Shown piece by piece: positions 44,874 to 53,750 of a stretch of DNA of 56,967 nt (position 1 is its first letter; each line of letters starts with the position of its first letter). Both the position numbers and the translations under genes were made by a program. Source of the stretch: Deltaproteobacteria bacterium (GTDB taxonomy: Bacteria; Desulfobacterota; Dissulfuribacteria; Dissulfuribacterales; UBA3076); contig JALTHG010000068.1 of the NCBI GenBank assembly GCA_027004715.1, forward strand, positions 1-56,967, given 5' to 3'. The notes under the pieces are model-generated. The model saw nothing but the letters and a program-made list of their open reading frames with translations, was not told the DNA's origin and made no database searches.

Positions 44874-45585
44874 ATCGGACTGTTGTCTCTACCTGTGTCT
44901 TTACAGGTATGCCTTCTACTGTACCAGGAGAAAAACGCCAGGCAGAGATACAGCGAATCACGGCCCTGTCAAAGATCCTCCCTGGATAGTGGTCCAGGAC
45001 CTTGATGTCTCCTACCTTTCCGTTTTCCATGACCACAAAGCTCACCTTTACCCAACCCTCAATTCCCCTGCGTCTTGCCTCCATTGGATAGATAGGGGGA
45101 GTCTGGACATAGGGGATCAGAGGACGATCAATTTCATTCATACCATATATATGCCTCAGGCCAGATGGTCCAATAGCAACTCTCTCCACAGGCAGGACCG
45201 GCAGGGCACCAGATACAGCCGGCAGTCTTGGGTTGATCTCAAAGGGGAGATCTGGTGTCTGTTTTATGGAGTTCCTGATGTCCTTTAGGGCCAGGTCCTC
45301 TTTAGGGCTCAATGAAGACCTGAGAAGAGGTTTTGTCTTAGGGGGTTTGGGCCCTGGCTTAAGATCAGGCCGCCTGATATAGATAAAATTTACCCTCTCA
45401 GGGTGCCCTGAATACTCAGGCCCTCTAGGACTGGAGTCGACCAGACCAGTCATGGAGCCAAATAATACAATGTTTAGTGCAAGAGAAAGGACCAGGGCAG
45501 TCGTCCATAAGGACCAGGAATGATCCTGTTGTGGTCGGGATCTCTGTCCTCCTGTCAACGGTCTCATCTCTGCCTGCAGACTCAA
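44857..45585 (-). CDS. tonB: TonB-family energy transducer
   Basis: N-terminal TM, Pro/Lys-rich spacer KPGPKPPKTKP, and C-terminal YP.EARRRGIEGWVKVSF.V...G TonB-C domain. Confidence 0.82.
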   Translation of the reverse strand: MSLQAEMRPLTGGQRSRPQQDHSWSLWTTALVLSLALNIVLFGSMTGLVDSSPRGPEYSGHPERVNFIYIRRPDLKPGPKPPKTKPLLRSSLSPKEDLALKDIRNSIKQTPDLPFEINPRLPAVSGALPVLPVERVAIGPSGLRHIYGMNEIDRPLIPYVQTPPIYPMEARRRGIEGWVKVSFVVMENGKVGDIKVLDHYPGRIFDRAVIRCISAWRFSPGTVEGIPVKTQVETTVRFELKK

Positions 45586-45601
45586 AGCTCAGGGGCCATA
45601 T

Positions 45602-46024
45602 CTATTTCTCTTGTGAGGGGAGACTGGCCGCCAGGGATACATTTTTGGCACCAGCGAGTCGGCACTCATCCATCACCTTTATGACTATTCCCGTACGGCT
45701 CTCCCTGTCTGCAACGATGATCACAGACCCCTCAGGATTCTCTGCCAGGGCACGCTCTACATTGGCCCCTACTGCACGTGGGTCGATCTCCCGGTTATCC
45801 ATAAAGATGCGATTATCTTTGGTGATCCCAATGAGTATATTTACTCTCTTTTTGCTGACTGCCGTGGCCGCTATTGGTCGATTGATATCTACTCCGGTCT
45901 CCCTGACAAAACTAGTGGTTACCAGGAAGAAGATGAGCAATATAAATGTCATGTCGATCAATGGTGCTATATTTAGTTCAATGCCCTTCTTTCTTGCCTT
46001 TCTAGCTGTCGTGATGTTTAACAT
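45602..46024 (-). CDS. exbD: ExbD/TolR biopolymer transport protein
   Basis: NIAPLIDMTFILLIFFL TM motif. 140 aa. Confidence 0.88.
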   Translation of the reverse strand: MLNITTARKARKKGIELNIAPLIDMTFILLIFFLVTTSFVRETGVDINRPIAATAVSKKRVNILIGITKDNRIFMDNREIDPRAVGANVERALAENPEGSVIIVADRESRTGIVIKVMDECRLAGAKNVSLAASLPSQEK

Positions 46025-46033
46025 AATATTCTG

Positions 46034-46657
46034 TCATCCTGAGGCCAGGATACAGCGACTCAGATACATCCCTGTCGAGGAGATACGCTGTTTCAGGATC
46101 TCTGCACGGCGATTGAGAAAATTACTCATATAGAGCCCGGGGATCGCCACCAGGAGGCCTGTCTGGGTAGTAATCAGGGCCTCTGAGATACCACTGGCCA
46201 GGGCCTTCGCATTTCCAGTACCAAAAAAAGAGATGACATCAAAGGTAGTAATCATCCCTATCACTGTCCCCAAGAGGCCAAGCAAGGGCGCAATGCCTGC
46301 AAGGAGACCAATAACATCCAGATATCGGTCCATGGACGAGACCAGGACCATCACTGTCTCATCCAAAATGAACCGGTCTATATCAGGCCTGCCACTACGC
46401 CTCCTTAAAAAATCGGTCACCAGCATGGCAGTAGCGCCTCTATATCTTTGGGTGTCTGGAAATCTGCCTTCCCTTATATATCTCAGTGCCTTTTTTGGAC
46501 CCATGTTTTTCCAGTACATGCGTCTGAAAAAGAAAATCCTGTTGATGATCAGGGTCCACATCAGGACTGATATACCCACAAGGGGAATCATGACGGCACC
46601 GCCTGCAGAGAGATAGTCCTCAATACTGCATATGAAACCCTGAAAGACCTGGATCAC
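46034..46657 (-). CDS. exbB: MotA/TolQ/ExbB proton-channel protein
   Basis: APLLGLLGTVIGMI..F and GISEALITT motifs. 207 aa. Confidence 0.88.
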   Translation of the reverse strand: MIQVFQGFICSIEDYLSAGGAVMIPLVGISVLMWTLIINRIFFFRRMYWKNMGPKKALRYIREGRFPDTQRYRGATAMLVTDFLRRRSGRPDIDRFILDETVMVLVSSMDRYLDVIGLLAGIAPLLGLLGTVIGMITTFDVISFFGTGNAKALASGISEALITTQTGLLVAIPGLYMSNFLNRRAEILKQRISSTGMYLSRCILASG

Positions 46658-48093
46658 CTCTCCTTCCTCATCTTAAAGACTATATTCACCAGGGTAATGG
46701 CCTTTTCCTCCATTTGGGCAATGATATTCTCGACCCTCCTGGACAACAGGCTATGACAGACCATTATGGGAATGGCCGCAGTGAGGCCAAGCATAGTAGT
46801 CACTAAGGCCTCTGAGATTCCGGCAGACATCATCCTGGGATCACCTGTGCCATAGTATGTGATCACATGAAAGGTATTGATCATGCCGGTGACAGTCCCC
46901 AGGAGTCCCAGTAGAGGGGCAATGGCCCCAAGCATTCCAAGGGTAGAAAGAAAGCGCTCCAGGCCTGGAATCTCATTCAGTATGGCCTCCTGCAAGACAT
47001 CTTCCATGTCTTCTCGTTTCATGTCGCGGCTCCTGATCCCGGCCAGGAGTATCCTTGGAACTGACCTATTTTGTTCCTGTTCACAGAGCTCTATGCACCT
47101 CTTCCATTCCCCATTAGATGCATATCTATATATATTGTTGGCAAATGTCTCTATGTTACTTCCCTTTCTAAAGAGATAGATGGCCCTTTCAATAATGATC
47201 AATGTAGCCAGCACTGCAATAGCGATAATAGGCCATACAATAGGGCCGCCACGTGGGATCTCTTCCATGAGGCCGAGGCGGTGTGTCAATTGCCTCAAGG
47301 CCGCCCCTTTTGAGATATCAATAGGCACATCCTCTGATCTTCCAGACATATATGCCATTATCTTTCTTCTCATATGCCATGATGGCAGTTTTGAGAGGGC
47401 AAACAGGCGCTGGCTCTTTGGGGAGTATATCAAAAAGCCTGTCTCTCCAGAGATATGATAGGCCGCTGAAAAATTGCCCAGGACCAGGATATCCCCAATA
47501 GTCCCCTTACCTGAGCGGGTTACAAGTGGGGCCCTTACGATCCTCACCTGTCCTGAGAGAGCGATCTCATCAAAGAAGAGATTGACCATGGAACGGATGT
47601 CATCCATCCCAGGAAATTCGGTCTGGTTCAGGATTGGCTGGAGCACCTTTTCTCTCCCTGGCATAAATGCGCTCTGTAGGCTCTGATGCAGGAGGGTGTT
47701 GAGGTCTTTGGCATCTATGCGGATAAATCCCACCAGTTCACTCACCTCTCCTTCTCTCTTCTCAAGGGTCGTCCTGAGCCCCTTTAGACGGGTGCTGAGA
47801 GTCCCAAGCCGTGCGCCATATATCTGATTGGCCTTTTTAAGCTGACTGTTTTTTTTCCTCAGCTTAGATATGGCTGCCTCAAGGGCCTTTCTGTCAGAGA
47901 GTATCCTCTGCCTGCTCTCCATTGCCTCCTTTAAGGCGGCCTGCTTCTCTCTCGATGCCTTTTCGAGCAGCAAGGCCTTCTGCTTCTCAAATTCTATCTC
48001 CATTACCCGCATATCTTTTGCGTATAGGGTAGTCGAACAGGCCAGCAGGACCAGAACGATGCAAAAAAAATCACAGATGATCCCTGTCTTCAC
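46654..48093 (-). CDS. Long MotA/TolQ/ExbB-family protein with N-terminal periplasmic coiled-coil extension (TtpC-like)
   Basis: Signal sequence, a coiled-coil/periplasmic region of about 280 aa, then an ExbB core with APLLGLLGTVTGMI and GISEALVTT. Confidence 0.85.
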   Translation of the reverse strand: MKTGIICDFFCIVLVLLACSTTLYAKDMRVMEIEFEKQKALLLEKASREKQAALKEAMESRQRILSDRKALEAAISKLRKKNSQLKKANQIYGARLGTLSTRLKGLRTTLEKREGEVSELVGFIRIDAKDLNTLLHQSLQSAFMPGREKVLQPILNQTEFPGMDDIRSMVNLFFDEIALSGQVRIVRAPLVTRSGKGTIGDILVLGNFSAAYHISGETGFLIYSPKSQRLFALSKLPSWHMRRKIMAYMSGRSEDVPIDISKGAALRQLTHRLGLMEEIPRGGPIVWPIIAIAVLATLIIIERAIYLFRKGSNIETFANNIYRYASNGEWKRCIELCEQEQNRSVPRILLAGIRSRDMKREDMEDVLQEAILNEIPGLERFLSTLGMLGAIAPLLGLLGTVTGMINTFHVITYYGTGDPRMMSAGISEALVTTMLGLTAAIPIMVCHSLLSRRVENIIAQMEEKAITLVNIVFKMRKER

Positions 48094-48863
48094 TTGATGG
48101 CCAGCCTTCCAATAGGCAGTTCTAGGAGCTCAACAGGACGCCTCTTCAATCCTATCTCCAGTGCAGCTGTAATTGTCCTATTATACCTGGCAGGAAGTAC
48201 CTTCCATGTAGATGTAGCAATGTCAAAATACCCACTGGTCTCTCTATCAGGGGTCTGGAAGAACAGAGAGATTCTCCCAAGTCTGAAGATATTTACAAAA
48301 ATAGATCTGTTATTAATACTGATTTTTCTTTGATAGACCTCAACCGTATTGCCATATTCTGCCTCTATGGACAGGGCCTCCATTATCTTCCTGTATTTCT
48401 CACTGATGGAGACATCAGGGCTATCCAAGATGTGTCGCAGTGCCATTATGCGGCGAGTCCTCTCTTCCTTGAGAAATGGGAGACCGTCCTTGACGAGAGA
48501 TGCAAGCCGCTCATAGGTCTGTTCAAGAAATGGATCGAGCTCCTTTGTGATGCGTCCTATCTCTACAATCTGTCTCTCAGTAGACTCAATTGAAGACTGA
48601 CAGGCATCTATTTCTATTTTCAACTCTCTGTTTTGTGTAGCAAGCTCCCTGTTCTTTTTTTGCAAGTCTCTGTATTCTGCCTTGAGCCTCTCTCGCTCTC
48701 TGAACCATCTGTCCTCCTCTTTTTGGGTCTGTTGCCTTATGGATATGGATCTATCTATAGGCCTTTTGACCTGTATGGGAAAATCTCTGTCTATTGCCAT
48801 AGAGGTCCCAAGAGGCCAGAAGAGGCAGGCAATATAGAGGATAATAAATACAGAATTCTTCAA
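48090..48863 (-). CDS. DUF3450-family periplasmic coiled-coil protein (TtpB-like)
   Basis: Signal peptide and a long coiled coil. First gene of the TonB2-type operon; ATGA-type overlap with the next gene. Confidence 0.75.
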   Translation of the reverse strand: MKNSVFIILYIACLFWPLGTSMAIDRDFPIQVKRPIDRSISIRQQTQKEEDRWFRERERLKAEYRDLQKKNRELATQNRELKIEIDACQSSIESTERQIVEIGRITKELDPFLEQTYERLASLVKDGLPFLKEERTRRIMALRHILDSPDVSISEKYRKIMEALSIEAEYGNTVEVYQRKISINNRSIFVNIFRLGRISLFFQTPDRETSGYFDIATSTWKVLPARYNRTITAALEIGLKRRPVELLELPIGRLAIK

Positions 48864-48967
48864 TCTCTAGCCCTTCATGTAAAGAGATAGCAGGTCCTGA
48901 GTCTACTACTGAGTATTACAAATTTAAAAAAAATACTACTAATTAGAGAAATGTCAATAATCTGCCT

Positions 48968-49007
48968 GTAACCCTTACATTCTTCCTGGCCGAGATGGAA
49001 GGGTCAC
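48968..49007. repeat. GTAAC-arm repeat family: degenerate short doublet
   Basis: GTAACCCTTACATTCTTCCTGGCCGAGATGGAAGGGTCAC. Confidence 0.5.
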
Positions 49008-49046
49008 GAAAAACTTGACCTGACCTGGCCACTAAGTAGAATTAAG

Positions 49047-49172
49047 GTAACTGTTTATATCCCCGGCCAGCAATAGCCTTTCTCAGGGCTTCAGGGGCAT
49101 ATCTTGGTGCACAAGATCAGGCATTTTCCATTAATCTGCCCTGAAACCCCTCAAAAGGTCACTGCTGGCCAG
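49047..49172 (+). repeat. GTAAC-arm repeat family: long form lacking the right arm
   Basis: GTAACTGTTTATATCCCCGGCCAGCAATAGCCTTTCTCAGGGCTTCAGGGGCATATCTTGGTGCACAAGATCAGGCATTTTCCATTAATCTGCCCTGAAACCCCTCAAAAGGTCACTGCTGGCCAG. Confidence 0.85.
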
Positions 49173-49202
49173 ATCAAAGATCTGATTTTAAGGAGTAATA
49201 AT

Positions 49203-49748
49203 ATGAAGGTCAAGATAGGATCGTCTACACTCGAATTGGTACAGGGAGATATCACACAGCAAGATACTGAGGCAATCGTAAATGCAGCAAATCGCACTCT
49301 CCTGGGTGGAGGTGGGGTAGATGGAGCAATCCATAGGGCAGCAGGCCCAGATCTGCTCGCAGAGTGCCGAACTATTGGGAGCTGCGATACAGGAGATGCA
49401 GTGATCACTAAAGGTTACAGGTTAAAGGCCAGGTATGTGATACATACAGTGGGACCTATCTATCATAGATCTGGACTGAGGGCAGAGCGTCTGCTTAAGA
49501 GTGCCTATCAGAGGAGCCTGGAGGTTGCCCTGGCAAATGGAATCCGTTCAGTAGCATTTCCCTCGATCAGTACAGGGGCCTATGGATATCCCCTAAGCAA
49601 GGCGGCTCCCCTGGCCATTCGTACTGTAGCCAATTTTTTAGAAGAGCACCCTGAGATTGAACTGGTCCGGTTTGTGCTTTTTGGTCCAAAGGCCCTTCGG
49701 GCCTTTGAGGAGGCACTGGAGAGGCTCTATCCCTCAGAGAAGGTATAA
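49203..49748 (+). CDS. Macro-domain protein (O-acetyl-ADP-ribose deacetylase, YmdB-like)
   Basis: QGDITQ...AIVNAAN..LLGGGGVDGAIH...HTVGP...AFPSISTGAYGYP. The ATG at 49203 follows AAGGAG. The track start at 49104 lies inside a repeat copy. Confidence 0.88.
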   Translation: MKVKIGSSTLELVQGDITQQDTEAIVNAANRTLLGGGGVDGAIHRAAGPDLLAECRTIGSCDTGDAVITKGYRLKARYVIHTVGPIYHRSGLRAERLLKSAYQRSLEVALANGIRSVAFPSISTGAYGYPLSKAAPLAIRTVANFLEEHPEIELVRFVLFGPKALRAFEEALERLYPSEKV

Positions 49749-49772
49749 TCCCAAACATAGCTCACAATTGAG

Positions 49773-50603
49773 ATGTACTTATTTCATATCGTAAGGGGCA
49801 TGGTCTATGCTCCAGTACAGTGGACCCTGGTATTTATACGGCATCGAGACCTTTTTAAAGAATTTTTTTCACGTGAGATCCATGGACGCTTTGCCGGTTC
49901 TATCGGAGGTCCATTATGGCTTCTGATCACACCTCTGAGCCAGATCTTGGTCTACTCATTTGTCTTCAGTGTAGTTCTGAAGATACGCCTACCTCGACAG
50001 GAAGTTGGGACAGATAGCTTTGTACTATTTCTCCTTGCTGGCCTCTTCCCCTGGATGGCCTTCTCAGAAGGCCTTACACGTTGTACAGGTATCTTAATAG
50101 AGAATGCAAATATCATTACCAAGGTAGTCCTTCCGATCGAGCTCCTTCCTATGGTGGGCCTGAGCGGCATATTTTTTGTGAATGGGGTAGGAATGGCTAT
50201 CTTTGTGGCCTATCTGGTGTGGGCTGGCTTTATTTCTTGGGCCTGGCTCTGGCTTCCTGTGTTAATTTTGCTATTTTTTCTCTTTACAGTTGGCCTGGCA
50301 GCCCTTCTATCTGCCCTGTGTGTATTCTTGAGAGATACTCAGCAGCTCCTTCCAATAATCATCTTTATCTGGTTCTATTTGACCCCAATTATTTATCCTG
50401 TCTCTATGATTCCATCCCAATTCCGTGTCTATCTCTTCTTTAATCCAGTATTTCCCTTTATAAAACTTTTCCAGCAGACCCTGCTACATCAGACAATGGA
50501 TCCAGAGCTTTTGGCTATTGCTGCTGTCTGGACACTCATCTCACTTTTAGGTGGGACTTTTTTCTTTGAGCGACTCAGACACTCCTTTGCCGATGTACTT
50601 TAA
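49773..50603 (+). CDS. ABC-2-type (Wzm/TagG/KpsM-like) polysaccharide-export permease
   Basis: Six-TM profile with the N-terminal FKEFFSREIHGRFAGSIGG.LW signature of ABC-2 permeases. No adjacent ATPase gene. Confidence 0.8.
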   Translation: MYLFHIVRGMVYAPVQWTLVFIRHRDLFKEFFSREIHGRFAGSIGGPLWLLITPLSQILVYSFVFSVVLKIRLPRQEVGTDSFVLFLLAGLFPWMAFSEGLTRCTGILIENANIITKVVLPIELLPMVGLSGIFFVNGVGMAIFVAYLVWAGFISWAWLWLPVLILLFFLFTVGLAALLSALCVFLRDTQQLLPIIIFIWFYLTPIIYPVSMIPSQFRVYLFFNPVFPFIKLFQQTLLHQTMDPELLAIAAVWTLISLLGGTFFFERLRHSFADVL

Positions 50604-50616
50604 GAGTGGTATAGGT

Positions 50617-50656
50617 GTAGTCACTCACATCTCTGGCCTGAGATGTGAACAGTTAA
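50617..50656. repeat. GTAAC-arm repeat family: compact degenerate doublet
   Basis: GTAGTCACTCACATCTCTGGCCTGAGATGTGAACAGTTAA. Confidence 0.65.
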
Positions 50657-50757
50657 GGAGTTTTTGCTTGATTTCTTGGTCCTTTTTTGGCATCTTGCAT
50701 TAATAGTCTCTGGACCTGATGATAGGAACCACGATATAGTAATGAAAGGAAGACATC

Positions 50758-52419
50758 ATGCGTAGCGATTTAATGAAAAAAGGGTTGGAAAGGTCGCCTC
50801 ACAGGTCTCTGTTTAAGGCCATTGGTTATACAGATGAGGAGCTTCAGAGGCCTATAATAGGTGTGGCAAACCCCTTTAATGAGGTCATCCCTGGTCATAT
50901 ACACCTGCGTCAGATCACAGATGCAGTAAAGGCAGGGATCAGAATGGCAGGTGGGACCCCTGTGGAATTTGGAGGCATAGGCGTGTGCGATGGCATTGCC
51001 ATGAACCATCTGGGTATGCGCTATTCCCTGGCCAGCAGGGAGCTGATAGCTGACTCGGTTGAGGTCATGGCAGAGGCCCATCCATTCGATGGACTGGCAC
51101 TTGTATCAAACTGTGACAAGATCACCCCTGGTATGTTGATGGCAATGTTGAGGCTCAATATACCTGCCATATTCATAAGTGGTGGTCCCATGCTGACTGG
51201 AGACTGGATGGGGAGAAAGGTCAATCTGATCTCTGTATTTGAGGGTATAGGTCAGGTAAGGGCAGGTGATATGAGTGAAGAGGAACTCATTGATCTGGAG
51301 AATGAGGCCTGTCCTACGTGTGGTTCATGCTCTGGCATGTTTACTGCGAATTCCATGAACTGTCTCTCTGAGGCCCTGGGCCTGGCCCTGCCAGGAAACG
51401 GGACTATTCCTGCAGTAATGGCTGCCAGGATACGTCTGGCAAAGGCAGCTGGTGCACAGGCAGTCCGTCTGGTAGAGATGGACCTGAGGCCAAGAGATAT
51501 AGCTACACTGTCGGCCTTTAAAAATGCCATTGCAGTAGACATGGCCCTGGGCTGTTCCACCAATACAGTGCTCCATGTCCCTGCCATTGCACATGAGGCC
51601 AATGTAGACCTGCCTCTGGAGGTCTTTAATGAGGTCAGCCTCAAGACCCCTCACCTCTGTAACCTGATCCCTGTAGGTCCAGATAGCCTTGAAGACCTGA
51701 ACCTGGCAGGTGGCATACAGGCCATTATGAAAGAGCTCAGCAGGCTGGGGGTTATCGATACAGAGACAAAGACTGTTACAGGCGCTACAGTCGGTAAGAA
51801 TATAGAGGGGGCAGAGATAAGAGACAGAAATGTGATCCACCCTGTGACAGATCCACACCACAAAGAGGGTGGTATTGCTATACTCTATGGCAATCTTGCG
51901 CCTGATGGCTCTGTGGTCAAACAGTCTGGTGTAGTACCTAAGATGCTCACCCACAGAGGTCCGGCCAGGGTCTTCAACTCAGAAGACGATGCCTATAACG
52001 CCATCTTGAGGCACAAGATCAGGGCTGGAGATGTAGTGGTGATCCGATATGAGGGACCAAAAGGTGGACCAGGGATGCCAGAGATGCTTTCTCCTACCTC
52101 TGCCATAGTTGGCATGGGTCTGGATGAAGATGTTGCACTGATAACCGATGGTAGGTTCAGTGGTGGTACAAAGGGGGCAGCTATCGGTCACGTATCGCCT
52201 GAGGCCGCTGATGGAGGACCTATAGCCCTTGTGGAGGAGGGAGACATTATAGAGATCGACATCCCGAACAGGAAGATTACGCTCCAGGTCACGGACGAAG
52301 AGCTAGAAAAGAGACGGAACAACTGGAGGCCAATGGAGCCACGTGTCAGGCATGGATATCTGGCCAGATATGCAAGTCATGTGAGTAGTGGTGCCAGAGG
52401 TGCTATATTACTGGGGTGA
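50758..52419 (+). CDS. ilvD: Dihydroxy-acid dehydratase
   Basis: [27 protein letters not shown] and GRFSGGT conserved blocks. 553 aa. Confidence 0.95.
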   Translation: MRSDLMKKGLERSPHRSLFKAIGYTDEELQRPIIGVANPFNEVIPGHIHLRQITDAVKAGIRMAGGTPVEFGGIGVCDGIAMNHLGMRYSLASRELIADSVEVMAEAHPFDGLALVSNCDKITPGMLMAMLRLNIPAIFISGGPMLTGDWMGRKVNLISVFEGIGQVRAGDMSEEELIDLENEACPTCGSCSGMFTANSMNCLSEALGLALPGNGTIPAVMAARIRLAKAAGAQAVRLVEMDLRPRDIATLSAFKNAIAVDMALGCSTNTVLHVPAIAHEANVDLPLEVFNEVSLKTPHLCNLIPVGPDSLEDLNLAGGIQAIMKELSRLGVIDTETKTVTGATVGKNIEGAEIRDRNVIHPVTDPHHKEGGIAILYGNLAPDGSVVKQSGVVPKMLTHRGPARVFNSEDDAYNAILRHKIRAGDVVVIRYEGPKGGPGMPEMLSPTSAIVGMGLDEDVALITDGRFSGGTKGAAIGHVSPEAADGGPIALVEEGDIIEIDIPNRKITLQVTDEELEKRRNNWRPMEPRVRHGYLARYASHVSSGARGAILLG

Positions 52420-53012
52420 TCTCTATGGCAAGGGAGGCAGAAGTCAAGAGGACTACACAGGAAACGGCCATAGAGCTAGGCCTCAGGATAGATGGTCAGG
52501 GAAGGGCCTCAATAGATACTGGTATAGGTTTTTTGGACCATATGTTGACATTGTGGACTGTGCACGGTCTTTTTGACCTGGATCTAATGGCCAGGGGAGA
52601 CCTGGCTGTAGGTGCACATCACACAGTAGAGGATGTAGGGATATGCCTGGGAAAGGCCCTGGCCCAGGCCATAGGAGACCTGAGCGGCATAAGGCGCTAT
52701 GGGAGTTCCTCTATCCCCATGGAAGATGCACTGGCCCACGTGAATCTGGATATCTGCAACAGGCCTTATCTGGTCTATAGGGTAAAATTCCTCACAGACA
52801 AGATAGGGGCCTTTGATACAGAGTTGGTTGAAGAGTTCCTAAGGGCCTTTGCAGTAAATAGCGGCATGACCCTCCATGTCCAGGTGGATCATGGAAAGAA
52901 CAGTCACCACATTGCAGAGGCAGTATTTAAGGCCCTGGGAAGGGCCGTTGATCTGGCAACACAGCTTGATCCCAGACTAGAAGGCCCTCTCTCTAGTAAG
53001 GGGATCCTGTGA
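52416..53012 (+). CDS. hisB: Imidazoleglycerol-phosphate dehydratase
   Basis: [19 protein letters not shown] and HHI.EA.FKA histidine-rich motifs. GTG at 52416 or ATG at 52425. Confidence 0.92.
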   Translation: MISMAREAEVKRTTQETAIELGLRIDGQGRASIDTGIGFLDHMLTLWTVHGLFDLDLMARGDLAVGAHHTVEDVGICLGKALAQAIGDLSGIRRYGSSSIPMEDALAHVNLDICNRPYLVYRVKFLTDKIGAFDTELVEEFLRAFAVNSGMTLHVQVDHGKNSHHIAEAVFKALGRAVDLATQLDPRLEGPLSSKGIL

Positions 53013-53034
53013 CAGAGGTCAGGACTTTTTAGGT

Positions 53035-53742
53035 ATGAGTAGGCCAAATTCTCAAAGAGACTACAGTATTTATGCCTGTAGGCTCTTATTCTGGCTGTTT
53101 CCGTATCTATTGCTCTTACAGGGATGCAATGCCTCTTTCCAGAGAAATAGGACAGAGGAGTTATCTCTGTCAGGGCTCAGCCGGATCCTGGTCCTTCCAA
53201 TGGACCGGGCATCTATCCAAACACGAGGACAAAAGGCGGCCTGTAACCTCAGCGATGTCCCATCCTATGTCTCTCCCATACCAGAAAAGGCAAGTGAGGA
53301 GATGACCCGACTCCTGATATATAACCTCCATGAAGACAAGAGGTTTGTATTTATATCCAGAGGGCGGTGTCTGGGTCTATTGAATTCCATTTTTGCAAGA
53401 GATATAAAGGCCTCTCAACTCCATCTGATTCAGGCCTTTGGTAGAGAGTTCAATGCAGATGCAGTCCTCTATGGCAAGATCTACAGATATGAGGATCGGA
53501 TAGGCAAGAAATATGGAGTAAAGAGACCTGCCTCTGTGGCCTTCACCCTCTATCTTATTCGGGTCAGAGACGGTGCAGTGCTCTGGCACAATACCTTTGA
53601 CGAGACTCAACAGCCCCTGATGAAAAACCTGTTTAAGATCAGGCTCTATAGAAAGACAGGCATACACTGGCTCACTGCCAGGGAACTAGCAGATTATGGT
53701 CTTACTGAGGCCACTGATGAGCTCAAGGGCCTCCTCCCCTGA
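53035..53742 (+). CDS. Putative lipoprotein (family not recognised with certainty)
   Basis: Lipobox-like LLLQGC after a hydrophobic segment. 235 aa. Confidence 0.5.
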   Translation: MSRPNSQRDYSIYACRLLFWLFPYLLLLQGCNASFQRNRTEELSLSGLSRILVLPMDRASIQTRGQKAACNLSDVPSYVSPIPEKASEEMTRLLIYNLHEDKRFVFISRGRCLGLLNSIFARDIKASQLHLIQAFGREFNADAVLYGKIYRYEDRIGKKYGVKRPASVAFTLYLIRVRDGAVLWHNTFDETQQPLMKNLFKIRLYRKTGIHWLTARELADYGLTEATDELKGLLP

Positions 53743-53750
53743 GTCTGCTG

